Shown: positions 46,589-56,000 of the stretch, piece after piece
Layout: each line of letters opens with the position of its first letter
Position numbering within the stretch: the first letter of the stretch is position 1
Source of the DNA: an uncultured Verrucomicrobiae bacterium
Lineage (GTDB): Bacteria > Verrucomicrobiota > Verrucomicrobiia > Limisphaerales > UBA11358
Length of the DNA: 64,000 nt
Reading direction: 5' to 3'
Assembly (NCBI GenBank): GCA_963780535.1
Contig: CAWACS010000043.1
Coordinates: forward strand, 17,613 to 81,612
Program-made: the position numbers and the translations under genes
Notes under the pieces: model-generated
Databases searched by the model: none
What the model was told of the DNA's origin: nothing
What the model saw: the letters and a program-made list of their open reading frames with translations, nothing else

Positions 46589-48649
46589 TTAATGTTTCTG
46601 ATATCGTTGCTGCATTTCGGGGGAGAGATCCCCAAAATTGACCTTCGTCATCGCCCACCCGCCGCCCGCCGGCGTATAACTGATGATGATTCCGTCCGAC
46701 ATCACCCGTTGCACCTCCGCATTTCTGTAGATGGATCCCGTAATGGTCACAAGTGCCGGAGCCTGTCTTGTCTGTGCCAAGGGACGGGGTCGCATTGGCG
46801 CCGCGTGAAGCACCAGGGAGGTCTTGGGCATTGCCAGCGCCACCGGCCGTAGCGTCTTGATTGGCGCCGCAACCACCGGTCGGGAGGTGACAACTGGAGC
46901 CACCGCAGCATGGGCGACCACCGGAGTGGGTTTCACGGAAATGACTTTGGCCACGGCGACAGGAGCTTCAGTTGCCGTTTCGGCGGCCACGGAAGCTTTC
47001 GGAGCCGAAGCAGGAGTAACCGGAGCCGCCGCTGGCGGTTGAGCCTGCGGATGATCCAAGTCGTACATTTTTTGCTCCAAAGCCGCCCGGGCAACCGCCA
47101 TTTCTGAAGCGCTGACAGCGGGAGCGGGAGTGGCACTGTCGATGGTGGCTGTGGAAACCGATGTTTCGTTTGTAGCCGCAGGGGCAGATGACGCTTCCGC
47201 AACCGGAGCCGTCGTCGGAGTGGTTACCGCTGGAGTTTCAACTGTCGGTGCCGTGGGTGCCGTGGCTTCAGCCGAAGTGGCCGCGGCAGGAGCAACGTCG
47301 GTTGTGGCTGCGGAAACCGGTTTAGTCTCAGTCGGAACGGCGGTCACGGTATTGGTGTCAACCGATGTTTCATTCGTAGCCGCAGGGGTAGATGACGCTT
47401 CGGCAACCGGAGTTGTCGTCGGAGCGGTTGCCACCGGAGTTTCCATTGTCGGTGCCGTCGGTGCCGTGGCTTCAGCCGAAGTGGCCGCGGCAGGAGCAAC
47501 GTCGGTTGTGGCTGCGGAAACCGGTTTGGTCTCAGTCGGAACGGCGTTCACGGTATTGGTGTCAACCGATGTTTCGTTCGTAGCCGCAGGGGTAGATGAC
47601 GCTTCGGCAACCGGAGTTGTCGTCGGAGCGGTTGCCACCGGAGTTTCCATTGTCGGTGCCGCCGATGCCGTGGCTTCCGTCGAAGCGGTCGCGGCTGGAG
47701 CAACGTCGGTTGCGGCGGTGGAAACCGGTTTGGTCTCAGTCGGAACGGCAGCTACGGAATTGGTGGCAAAAGACGTTTCGTTCGTGGCTGCGGGAGCAGA
47801 CGACGCTTCGGCAACCTGAGCCGTCGTCGGAGCGGTTGCCACCGGAGTTTCCATTGTCGGTGCCGCCGATGCCGTGGCTTCCGTCGAAGCGGTCGCGGCT
47901 GGAGCAACGTCGGTTGCGGCGGTGGAAACCGGTTTGGTCTCAGCCGGAACGGAGGTCACGGTATTGGTGGCAAAAGACGTTTCGTTCGTGGCCGCGAGAG
48001 CAGACGACGCTTCGGCAACCGGAGCTGTCGTCGGAGTGGTTGCTACCGGAGCTTCAATTGTCGGTGCCGCCGGCGCCGTGGCTTCCGTCGAAGCGGTCGC
48101 GGCTGGAGCAACGTCGGTTGTGGCTGTGGAAACCGGTTTGGTCTCAGCCGGAACGGCAGCTACGGAATTGGTGGCAACAGACGTTTCGTTCGTGGCCGCG
48201 AGAGCAGACGACGCTTCGGCAACCGGAGCCGTCGTCGGAGTGGTTGCCACTGGAGCTTCAATTGTCGGTGCCGCTGGCGCCGTGGCTTCCGTCGAAGCGG
48301 TCGCCGCAGGAGCAACGTCGGCGGCGGCGGTGGAAACCGGTTTGGTCTCAGCCGGAACGGCAGCTACGGAATTGGTGGCCTCAGACGTTTCGTTTGTAGC
48401 CGCAGGGGTGGATGACGCTTCCGCGACCGGAGCCGCCGCCGCGGTGATGTTGGTCGTGGAGGATGCGGATTGCGCCGCCGCCGTTAAATTTGTATCCGTC
48501 GACGGCTGGGCCTGCGGGTGGTCGAGCTCAAATATTTTTTGCTCGAAAGCCGCGCGGGCCGCGGCCTGGTCCGGCGTATCATCCGCACGGGCAGAAAGCA
48601 TGGTCGCCGCCACAACGACGGATAAGCCAACCTGGATTCGGGTTTTCAT
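46589..48649 (-). CDS. secreted Ala/Thr/Pro/Glu-rich tandem-repeat protein with SH3-like C-terminal domain
   Basis: Signal peptide MKTRIQVGLSVVVAATMLSA at ATG 48649. Six full copies and one partial copy of a 68-aa unit. C-terminus ...GSIYRNAEVQRVMSDGIIISYTPAGGGWAMTKVNFGDLSPEMQQRY. Confidence 0.75.
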   Translation of the reverse strand: MKTRIQVGLSVVVAATMLSARADDTPDQAAARAAFEQKIFELDHPQAQPSTDTNLTAAAQSASSTTNITAAAAPVAEASSTPAATNETSEATNSVAAVPAETKPVSTAAADVAPAATASTEATAPAAPTIEAPVATTPTTAPVAEASSALAATNETSVATNSVAAVPAETKPVSTATTDVAPAATASTEATAPAAPTIEAPVATTPTTAPVAEASSALAATNETSFATNTVTSVPAETKPVSTAATDVAPAATASTEATASAAPTMETPVATAPTTAQVAEASSAPAATNETSFATNSVAAVPTETKPVSTAATDVAPAATASTEATASAAPTMETPVATAPTTTPVAEASSTPAATNETSVDTNTVNAVPTETKPVSAATTDVAPAAATSAEATAPTAPTMETPVATAPTTTPVAEASSTPAATNETSVDTNTVTAVPTETKPVSAATTDVAPAAATSAEATAPTAPTVETPAVTTPTTAPVAEASSAPAATNETSVSTATIDSATPAPAVSASEMAVARAALEQKMYDLDHPQAQPPAAAPVTPASAPKASVAAETATEAPVAVAKVISVKPTPVVAHAAVAPVVTSRPVVAAPIKTLRPVALAMPKTSLVLHAAPMRPRPLAQTRQAPALVTITGSIYRNAEVQRVMSDGIIISYTPAGGGWAMTKVNFGDLSPEMQQRYQKH
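47156..48433. repeat. 204-nt tandem repeat, about 6.3 copies (coding)
   Basis: The period is seen directly: near-identical out-of-frame track ORFs start at 47392 and 47596 (204 nt apart). The protein unit is APVAEASSxxAATNETSxxTNxVxxVPxETKPVSxAxTDVAPAAxxSxEATAxxAPTxExPVATxPTT. Confidence 0.85.
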
Positions 48650-48865
48650 AAATTTTCCTGTCTTCACCGGCCCTTGCGAGCATCTCCGGGGCCAATCTGG
48701 TTGGTCGCCGGTGCAAAGCGCATTTTTCCTCCAGCGAACGGTTTCCGGGGATGTCCGGGGATGATAGGAAATTCCATCTTCATGGAAAATTCCCGTTTGA
48801 ATCACAATATTGGTGAATGTCCAAATATTTGACGGGCTGGTATAAGTCGTGAAGACTGGAGATTA

Positions 48866-51250
48866 ATGGCAACCGACCCGATTTGCGGCATGACGGTGAA
48901 CGAAACGTCCGCCTTGCGCACCGAACGGGACGGGCAGACGTATTATTTTTGCTGCGAACATTGCCGGCAAAAGTTCTCGGAAATTCCGAACTCCGAACTC
49001 CGAACTCCGAACTCCGGCCATGGCCACGGGCATCACGGCGAGGCGGCGGCAAAGCCGGCCTCAAACACGCGGTATTTTTGTCCGATGTGTCCCGGTGTGG
49101 AATCGGACCGGACGGGCGATTGCCCGAAGTGCGGGATGCCGTTGGAACCCAAAACCGTGTCCGCCGAACCGGAGGACGACGGCGAAACCCGCACGCTGGC
49201 CCGCAAATTCCGGATCGGCCTGGCGCTGACCATTCCCGTCGTGTTTCTGGCAATGGGCCAATGGATTCCCGGCGTGCCAATCGACCGGTGGATTTCCAGG
49301 CCGGTTTCCCATTGGCTGGAATTGTTGTTGAGCACGCCGGTGGTGGTGTGGACGGGCGGGATCTTTTTTGGCCGGGCGTGGCGGTCGTTGAAGACGCGCC
49401 AGTTGAACATGTTTACCCTCATCGCGACCGGCGTCGGTGCGGCGTACGTTTACAGTGTCGTGGCCGTCGTCGCTCCCGGCATTTTCCCGCCATCGTTCCG
49501 GCAGCACGGCGTGGGACTTTATTTTGAGGCGGCCGCGGTCATCACCGTGCTGGTGTTGCTGGGACAGATGCTCGAAGCCAAAGCACGCCGCCGCACCGGA
49601 CAGGCCATCCAGGCGCTGCTCGGTCTGGCAGCCAAAACCGCGCACCGCGTCCGGGACGGCCACGAACTGGATGTGCCGGTGGAGGAATTGCAAAAAGGCG
49701 ACGTGCTGCGCATCCGGCCCGGCGAAAAGATTCCCCTCGACGGTGTGATGATCGAAGGCCACAGCAACGTGGACGAATCCATGATCACCGGTGAACCGAT
49801 GCCGGTCACCAAAGGCGTGCATGACGCGGTCGTCGGCGCGACCGTAAATCAAACGGGAACGTTTCTGATGCGCGCGGAGAAGGTCGGCTCGGAAACCCTG
49901 CTGGCGCAGATCGTGCAAATGGTGGTGGAAGCCCAGCGCAGCCGCGCGCCCATCCAGAAACTGGCGGACAGCGTGGCGGGCTATTTTGTGCCGACCGTCA
50001 TCGGCGCCGCCATCATCACCTTCGTGGTCTGGGCCGTTTGGGGACCGGCGCCGGCCATGGCCTGCGCGCTGGTCAATGCGGTGTCGGTGCTCATCATTGC
50101 CTGTCCGTGCGCGCTGGGTCTGGCGACGCCGATGTCCATCATGGTCGGCGTGGGCCGCGGCGCGCAGTCGGGCATTCTCATCCGAAACGCGGAAGCGATT
50201 GAAACGACGGAAAAGGTCACGCACCTGCTGACCGACAAGACCGGAACATTGACCGCCGGAAAACCGAAGGTGGTGAGCACCGTTTCGTCCCGTAGCAGCC
50301 GACGTGAGTCGGCTCAAACTGAAGGTTTTATAGAGGGTCAGAGCCGACTGACGTTGGCTGCTACAGATTTTAAAGAAGACACGCAACTGCTCGGCCTGGC
50401 TGCGTCGGTCGAGCAACTGAGTGAACATCCGCTGGCCCGGGCGATTGTGGACGAGGCAAAGGAAAGGAGAATCGCCCTGTCGCCGGTGAATGATTTTGAA
50501 TCCATAACCGGCGGCGGCGTGTCGGGAAAGATCGGCGACCGGACAGTCCGCGTGGGCAAGGAGAAATTTCTAAGTGAATTCGGCGTGATGATTCCCGACG
50601 ACTTGAAACAGGCATCGCAGCAACTTCAGGAAAAGGCGCAGACGGTGGTCTGGGTGGCGGTGGATGGCAGGGCGGTTGGCATCATCGGCATTGCCGATCC
50701 CATCAAGGAAACGACGCCCGCTGCCATCCGGGCGCTGCATGACATGGGACTGAAGGTCATCATGTGCACCGGCGACAATCGCAAGACCGCCGAGGCGGTG
50801 GCAAAGGAACTGGGCATTGACGAAGTCCGGGCGGAGTTGTCGCCGCAGGGTAAACATAAGCTGGTGAAGAAACTGAAAGCCGAGGGCAAGATTGTGGCGA
50901 TGGCCGGCGATGGCATCAACGACGCGCCCGCTCTGGCCGAGGCGCACGTGGGCATTGCGATGGGGACCGGAACGGACGTGGCCATCCAAAGTGCCGGCAT
51001 CACGCTGGTGAAAGGCGACCTGCAGGGCATCATCAAGGCGCTGTCCCTCAGCCGGGGCGTGATGAAGAACATCCGGCAGAATTTATTTTTCGCGTTTGTC
51101 TATAACGCACTGGGCGTGCCGATTGCGGCGGGAATTTTATATCCGGTGGCCCACCTGCTGCTCAATCCAATGATTGCCGGCGCCGCGATGAGTTGCAGCT
51201 CGCTCTCGGTCGTCAGCAACGCGCTGCGCCTGCGCAAGTTGAAATTGTAA
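48866..51250 (+). CDS. copA: copper-translocating P1B-type ATPase with N-terminal TRASH/YHS and CxxC-x-CxxC metal-binding modules
   Basis: DPICGMTV...[17 protein letters not shown]...[15 protein letters not shown] ([13 protein letters not shown]), DKTGTLT and GDGINDAP. Confidence 0.9.
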   Translation: MATDPICGMTVNETSALRTERDGQTYYFCCEHCRQKFSEIPNSELRTPNSGHGHGHHGEAAAKPASNTRYFCPMCPGVESDRTGDCPKCGMPLEPKTVSAEPEDDGETRTLARKFRIGLALTIPVVFLAMGQWIPGVPIDRWISRPVSHWLELLLSTPVVVWTGGIFFGRAWRSLKTRQLNMFTLIATGVGAAYVYSVVAVVAPGIFPPSFRQHGVGLYFEAAAVITVLVLLGQMLEAKARRRTGQAIQALLGLAAKTAHRVRDGHELDVPVEELQKGDVLRIRPGEKIPLDGVMIEGHSNVDESMITGEPMPVTKGVHDAVVGATVNQTGTFLMRAEKVGSETLLAQIVQMVVEAQRSRAPIQKLADSVAGYFVPTVIGAAIITFVVWAVWGPAPAMACALVNAVSVLIIACPCALGLATPMSIMVGVGRGAQSGILIRNAEAIETTEKVTHLLTDKTGTLTAGKPKVVSTVSSRSSRRESAQTEGFIEGQSRLTLAATDFKEDTQLLGLAASVEQLSEHPLARAIVDEAKERRIALSPVNDFESITGGGVSGKIGDRTVRVGKEKFLSEFGVMIPDDLKQASQQLQEKAQTVVWVAVDGRAVGIIGIADPIKETTPAAIRALHDMGLKVIMCTGDNRKTAEAVAKELGIDEVRAELSPQGKHKLVKKLKAEGKIVAMAGDGINDAPALAEAHVGIAMGTGTDVAIQSAGITLVKGDLQGIIKALSLSRGVMKNIRQNLFFAFVYNALGVPIAAGILYPVAHLLLNPMIAGAAMSCSSLSVVSNALRLRKLKL
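48980..49017. repeat. 7-nt array (CGAACTC)x5 inside copA
   Basis: GAAATTC CGAACTC CGAACTC CGAACTC CGAACTC CGG, translated as [13 protein letters not shown], in the linker between the two metal-binding modules. Confidence 0.85.
50292..50364. repeat. GCAGCCGACGT-type palindromic element inside copA
   Basis: GTAGCAGCCGACGTGAGTCGGCTC-loop-GAGCCGACTGACGTTGGCTGCTAC, translated as [24 protein letters not shown]. It lies about 20 codons after DKTGTLT. Confidence 0.8.
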
Positions 51251-51281
51251 ACATGCCAACTTGATTAAGCAGATTCATCAT

Positions 51282-52319
51282 TTATTTGGCTTCATTCAAA
51301 TCGCGCACAAATTCAGCTATTGCGAGAAACCACTCACGCATTTTGTCATCAGCGCAAAAATCTTCAGTCAAACGTTTACGAAAACGAATCCAACTTTTCT
51401 CTTCTTTCTGAACAAAACACCCACCCACACCTTCTTCCTCTGGATACAACTGACTTCCCCAGACAGAATGAGTTTTTAACTTCTCAAACAATGTCCTTTT
51501 ATCTCCAACGAAAGCACGTTGCGCATGAACATAAATTTCCGGGGGTGATTGATGCATTTGGAAACCAAACCAAAAACCTTGGATGTCTTTGCCATAAGCT
51601 CCCAACCATAAATCACCCTTCCATATTTCAAATTTAATTTGACTGCCCTTAAACAAGGCTCCAAGGCGCTTATTCTTTCTTAAACTTTCGAGGAAATTTT
51701 CCATGTCTTCTCTTAATTGAAAACCATCAAAGTAATCCCGGATTTTTTGAATTTTAATTTTCATAGGTTTTAAACCTTGGTGGGCCAGAAATTCAGCGAA
51801 CCAAAGACAAACAAATTGCAATCCATGGTCACTGCGATCTCTAGGAGTAGCCAACAGTTCTTGCACTTGAGACCACGTGCAATGTTTGTCAGCACCTGTA
51901 GGCCGTTCAGAAAGAGGAGTAATTGTAACAACGTACCGATTAGCATACTTTCCAGATTGTCGGTCAATAATTTTCCTATAATCCTGAAGCTGATTTTTGC
52001 GAAAATCACTCCACACCTTATTCTCCAAAACAACGAAAAAGCTTCCTGCGTAAGACGAGATGGTTAAATCAAATCGATTTCCATCATCTGCCGATTGCGT
52101 TTCTATTTTCAAATCCGGCTGGCATTCCAATCCAAATAGGCGAAGAAAGGTTTTACGAAAATCTAAATTAACCCGAAGACACCAAGCCAAAGTTTCCGTG
52201 CAGAAATCTTCAAGGGGATCACGATTATCACGAGGAGTATAGGAAAACAATCGCGCTAATAAATTATTTGCCAGGGGATCATCGTCGTGCATTTCGGTTC
52301 TAATAACAGGAGAATTCAT
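51282..52319 (-). CDS. PD-(D/E)XK nuclease superfamily protein (PDDEXK_4-like)
   Basis: EDFCTETLAWCLR N-terminal motif. RFDLTISS...FFVVLENKVWSDFRKNQLQDYRKII gives the D...E-x-K core followed by QL-x-Y. AT-rich relative to both neighbours. Confidence 0.6.
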   Translation of the reverse strand: MNSPVIRTEMHDDDPLANNLLARLFSYTPRDNRDPLEDFCTETLAWCLRVNLDFRKTFLRLFGLECQPDLKIETQSADDGNRFDLTISSYAGSFFVVLENKVWSDFRKNQLQDYRKIIDRQSGKYANRYVVTITPLSERPTGADKHCTWSQVQELLATPRDRSDHGLQFVCLWFAEFLAHQGLKPMKIKIQKIRDYFDGFQLREDMENFLESLRKNKRLGALFKGSQIKFEIWKGDLWLGAYGKDIQGFWFGFQMHQSPPEIYVHAQRAFVGDKRTLFEKLKTHSVWGSQLYPEEEGVGGCFVQKEEKSWIRFRKRLTEDFCADDKMREWFLAIAEFVRDLNEAK

Positions 52320-52479
52320 TCAAGACACTTAAAATCTCATGCCAACACCTTTGTTCTAAAAAATCCAGCTTTGCCATGATAAAACGCGCTTGGGTCAACA
52401 GTATGCAAAGACTTGTAGCGATACCGAGAACCTTGAAGCGTTGACAACCATGGGGCTTCCGCAACAATAGCCGCGTTAC

Positions 52480-52965
52480 ATGCGGTCATTCGAAGGTCAT
52501 TGGTCCCGCTTTTTCCTCCGGTCAGTCGCGCTGGCCGTGCTCATGCTTTGGTGCGGCTGCCAGACGACGACCCAAAATCTGTTCACGGCCACCGGCCCCG
52601 GCTGGCACATCCAACAAGGCCAGGCGCTCTGGCGGCCCAAACAAGGCCTGCCGGAATTCGGCGGCGACCTCATATTGGCCACCAACGCGGACGGCTGGGC
52701 GCTGATTCAATTCGACAAGACGCCGCTGTCCATGGTGTTCGCACAGACCACTCCCACCCGTTGGTTCATCCAGTTTCCCCAGCAGCAGTATCATTTCTCC
52801 GGGCACGGGCTGGCACCCACCCGGTTTGCCTGGCTTTATCTGCCCGCGGCCCTGGCCGGGAAACCGCTGCCCCTGACATTGCGTTTTGAGCGCCGACCGC
52901 AGGGTGGCTGGCGGCTGGAAAACACCGGCACGGGAGAAACCCTGGAAGGTTTCCTGTCACCGTGA
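52480..52965 (+). CDS. small exported protein or lipoprotein, first gene of the lipid cluster
   Basis: Signal-like N-terminus FFLRSVALAVLMLWCGC. 161 aa. It occupies the position of the small lipoprotein (DUF3261-type) in aryl-polyene-type clusters; that equivalence is an inference only. Confidence 0.5.
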   Translation: MRSFEGHWSRFFLRSVALAVLMLWCGCQTTTQNLFTATGPGWHIQQGQALWRPKQGLPEFGGDLILATNADGWALIQFDKTPLSMVFAQTTPTRWFIQFPQQQYHFSGHGLAPTRFAWLYLPAALAGKPLPLTLRFERRPQGGWRLENTGTGETLEGFLSP

Positions 52966-52998
52966 GAGGTTTCCGCAAAAAAATTCAAACCCGCACCC

Positions 52999-53068
52999 GG
53001 AACGCCGAGCACCGTCTCGGCGCAATGGAAAATCAACATCCTCACGCCGAGGCGGTGCCCGGCGTTCC
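52999..53068. repeat. GGARCGCCGAGCACCGTCTCGGC-type palindromic element (intergenic)
   Basis: GGAACGCCGAGCACCGTCTCGGC-loop-GCCGAGGCGGTGCCCGGCGTTCC. A second copy lies at 58825. Confidence 0.8.
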
Positions 53069-53086
53069 AATTTTACAAAAGTCACC

Positions 53087-56000
53087 GTGAGTTCCTTCCT
53101 GAAACGCTGGTGGTGGGCGCTGCTCCTCGTGGCCATCGGCCTCGGCGCCGGCCGGCTCCGCTTCGACGTGGACATTCTCAACCTGTTGCCGCCGGACGAG
53201 CCGACGGTCCAGGGCCTGAAACTTTACCAGGAGCATTTTGCCAACGCCCGCGAACTGATCATCACCCTCCGCGCACCGGATGCCGGGCAGGCGGAACGGT
53301 TGGCGGGCGAATTGGCCGACCGTTTGCGGCAGCAAACCAATCTGGTCTCGGAAGTAACCTGGCAGGCGCCGTGGATGGAACATCCGGAGCAACTGGGCGA
53401 ACTGCTCGGCTGGCTCTGGTTCAATCAATCCCCGGAGTCGTTTGCGGCACTGACCAACCGGCTCGCCCCGGACCAGCTCAAACCCACACTGGAGCAGACC
53501 AAGGAAGCGCTCGCCACGTCCATGTCGCCGATGGACCTGGCCCGGCATGAGTTTGATCCGTTCGATTTGTTGACGATGCCGGGGCTGACCAATCTCGCGG
53601 GTTTTTCAGGCGGGCAAAGCCAGCAGATGTTCGCCTCGCCGGACGGGAAATTCCGATTGTTGTACGTGGAATCCGCCGTGGATCTGGGCAGTTACCGTTC
53701 CTGTGAGAGCTGGTTGAAAGCGATTCATGCAATCGTCGGAGCGCCGGCATCCCTGCCGGCGACTGGGGGAACCAACGCGAGTGAAACACGCCGGAAAGAT
53801 CAGCCTTCGTCGGACTACGGCGCGACAGGTGCCGGCGCTCCCGGGACGAACGGCATCGTGGTCCGTTACACCGGGCGACCGGTGTTTGTGGAGGAAATCG
53901 CGACGAGCATGCAACACGACATGAGCCATTCGGTGGGCATCACTTCCACCGTCATTGCGCTGCTCTTCTGGCTGACGCATCGGCGCTGGCGTCCGATGCT
54001 GTGGTTGCTGGCGCTGCTCATGTTGATTTTGGGCGCGACGCTCGCGCTGGGCGGGCTGGTGCTGGGCACCATCAGCGTGGTGGCGCTGGGTTTCGCCGCC
54101 GTGTTGCTGGGTTTGGCGGTGGATTATGCCGTGGTGCATTATCAGGAGGCGCTCGCGCACCCGCAAATGACGGTGCCGGAAATCCGCCGCGCGATTGCGC
54201 CGAGCATTTTATGGGCGGCCATCACCACGATGAGCGCGTTTCTGGTGCTGAACCTGGGCGGGTTGCCCGGCCTGGGACAACTCGGCACGCTGGTGGCCAT
54301 CGGCATCGCCCTGTCAGCCCTGGTGATGGTGATGATTTATCTGCCGCCGCTGTTTCCCGACCGCCGGAAACCGCGTCCCGACCAGCCGCCATTCCGCTGG
54401 TGGAATTATTTCGTCGCGCCGCTACCGGGAGCGCCGGCATCCGTGCCGGCGAGTTCGGCGCTAAATGCAGGGTCTCGCCGGCAAGATCAGCCTTCGTCAG
54501 ACTACGGCGCGACAGGTGCCGGCGCTCCCGGCAATAACATCGCTTTCCCGCTCCTGTTGACCGGTTTGATTCCGCTCGTGGCGTGCGCGGTGTTATGTTT
54601 CCGCCAGCCGGGATTGGACCGGACCGGCAACGCCCTGCAACCGCAACACGGGGAGGCGCAGACCACCTTGGACGAAATCACGTCGGAACTGGGTCTGCCG
54701 CCGCAACCGCTTTGGGTCATCATTACCGGAAAGGATGAACCGGAAGTTTATCAACGTCTTACCAAGGCCGACGGGTTGTTGGACGGCGCGGTTTCAAATC
54801 ATGTCATCGGCCAGTATTTGCTGCCGACCGCGCTGTGGCCGCGCGTTGAATATCAGGCAGCCAACCGGACGGCGGCGGCGGCTCTGGGAACGAAAGGACC
54901 GTTGCTGCGGGACGCCGCGCTGGGCGATGGTTTCAACACCAACGCGCTCGTGTTGACGGAGGAATTGGTAAACACGTGGGCCAGCGCCGGCGCCGACACA
55001 AATGTCTTCTGGCCGACCAATCATCTCAGTCAATGGCTCTTGAAACGGTTCATCACCCGAAGTCCCAACGAATGGCTGGTAATGGGTCTGGTTTATCCCG
55101 CGACCAATCGGGTCGAGCCGGCGGCGCTGACCGGCTTGTCCACGCATCTGGCCCGGAACGGCGCGTTGCTGTCCAGTTGGGAATTATTGGGAGGCGCAAC
55201 CCTGAAGCGGGTGCAGTCAAGAATGGGGGAAGTGGTGACGCCGATGGTGGTGCTGGTGTTGCTTTCGCTCTGGTTCGCCTTTCACCGGGCAACGGAAATT
55301 CTGTTGGGCGTGGCGGTGTTGTGCCTGAGCGGACTGTGCCTGCTGGCCATCATGGCGGTGAGCGGCTGGACCTGGAACCTGATGAACCTGATGGCCCTGC
55401 CGTTGATGCTCGGCACGGGCGTGGACTACACCCTGTTCATCCAACTGGCGTTGCGCCGGCATGGCGGCGATCTCGGCGCGGTCCGGCGTTCCGTTGGCCG
55501 GGCGCTGATGTTGTGCGGCGGCACGGCCGTGGCCGGGTTTGGGTCTTTGGGATTTTCCAGCAATCCCGGCATGGCCAGCCTGGGCAAGGTGTGCGCGGTC
55601 GGCATTGGCGCCAATATGCTCATCTCCGTGTTTTTGCTTCCCACGTGGTGGCAGTTATTAAGGCCAAAGGCTAAAGGCCAAAGGCTAAAGGCTGAAGTTA
55701 AAGGCACGAAGTCAGCAAGCGGGGAGAGGGAATCCATCATCCATCATCCATCATCCATCAACGCGTTTTCTTTGTATCGCGCCGGTTTGTGGCGGCTGGG
55801 ACTCGTCGTCGTCCGAATCCTGCCGGTCGGGTTGGTAAAAGGGTTCGCCATGATCGTGGCCGGGTTTTATTGGCGGTGCCAACGACAACGCTGCGAAGTG
55901 GTGGTGCAAAATTTCCTGCCTCTCTTTGCGGGCGACCGGGCGGCCGCCGCAAAGGCCGCGCATCGGCTTCACCGGAAGTTCGCCGCGAAGATGGTGGATT

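Noticed and set aside
47156-48433. Regular 204-nt tandem repeat, considered as a possible CRISPR-like or satellite array. The 7-nt arrays were considered the same way.
   Set aside because: There are no unique spacers between repeats. The array is an uninterrupted ORF encoding 68-aa protein repeats, and no cas genes are present.
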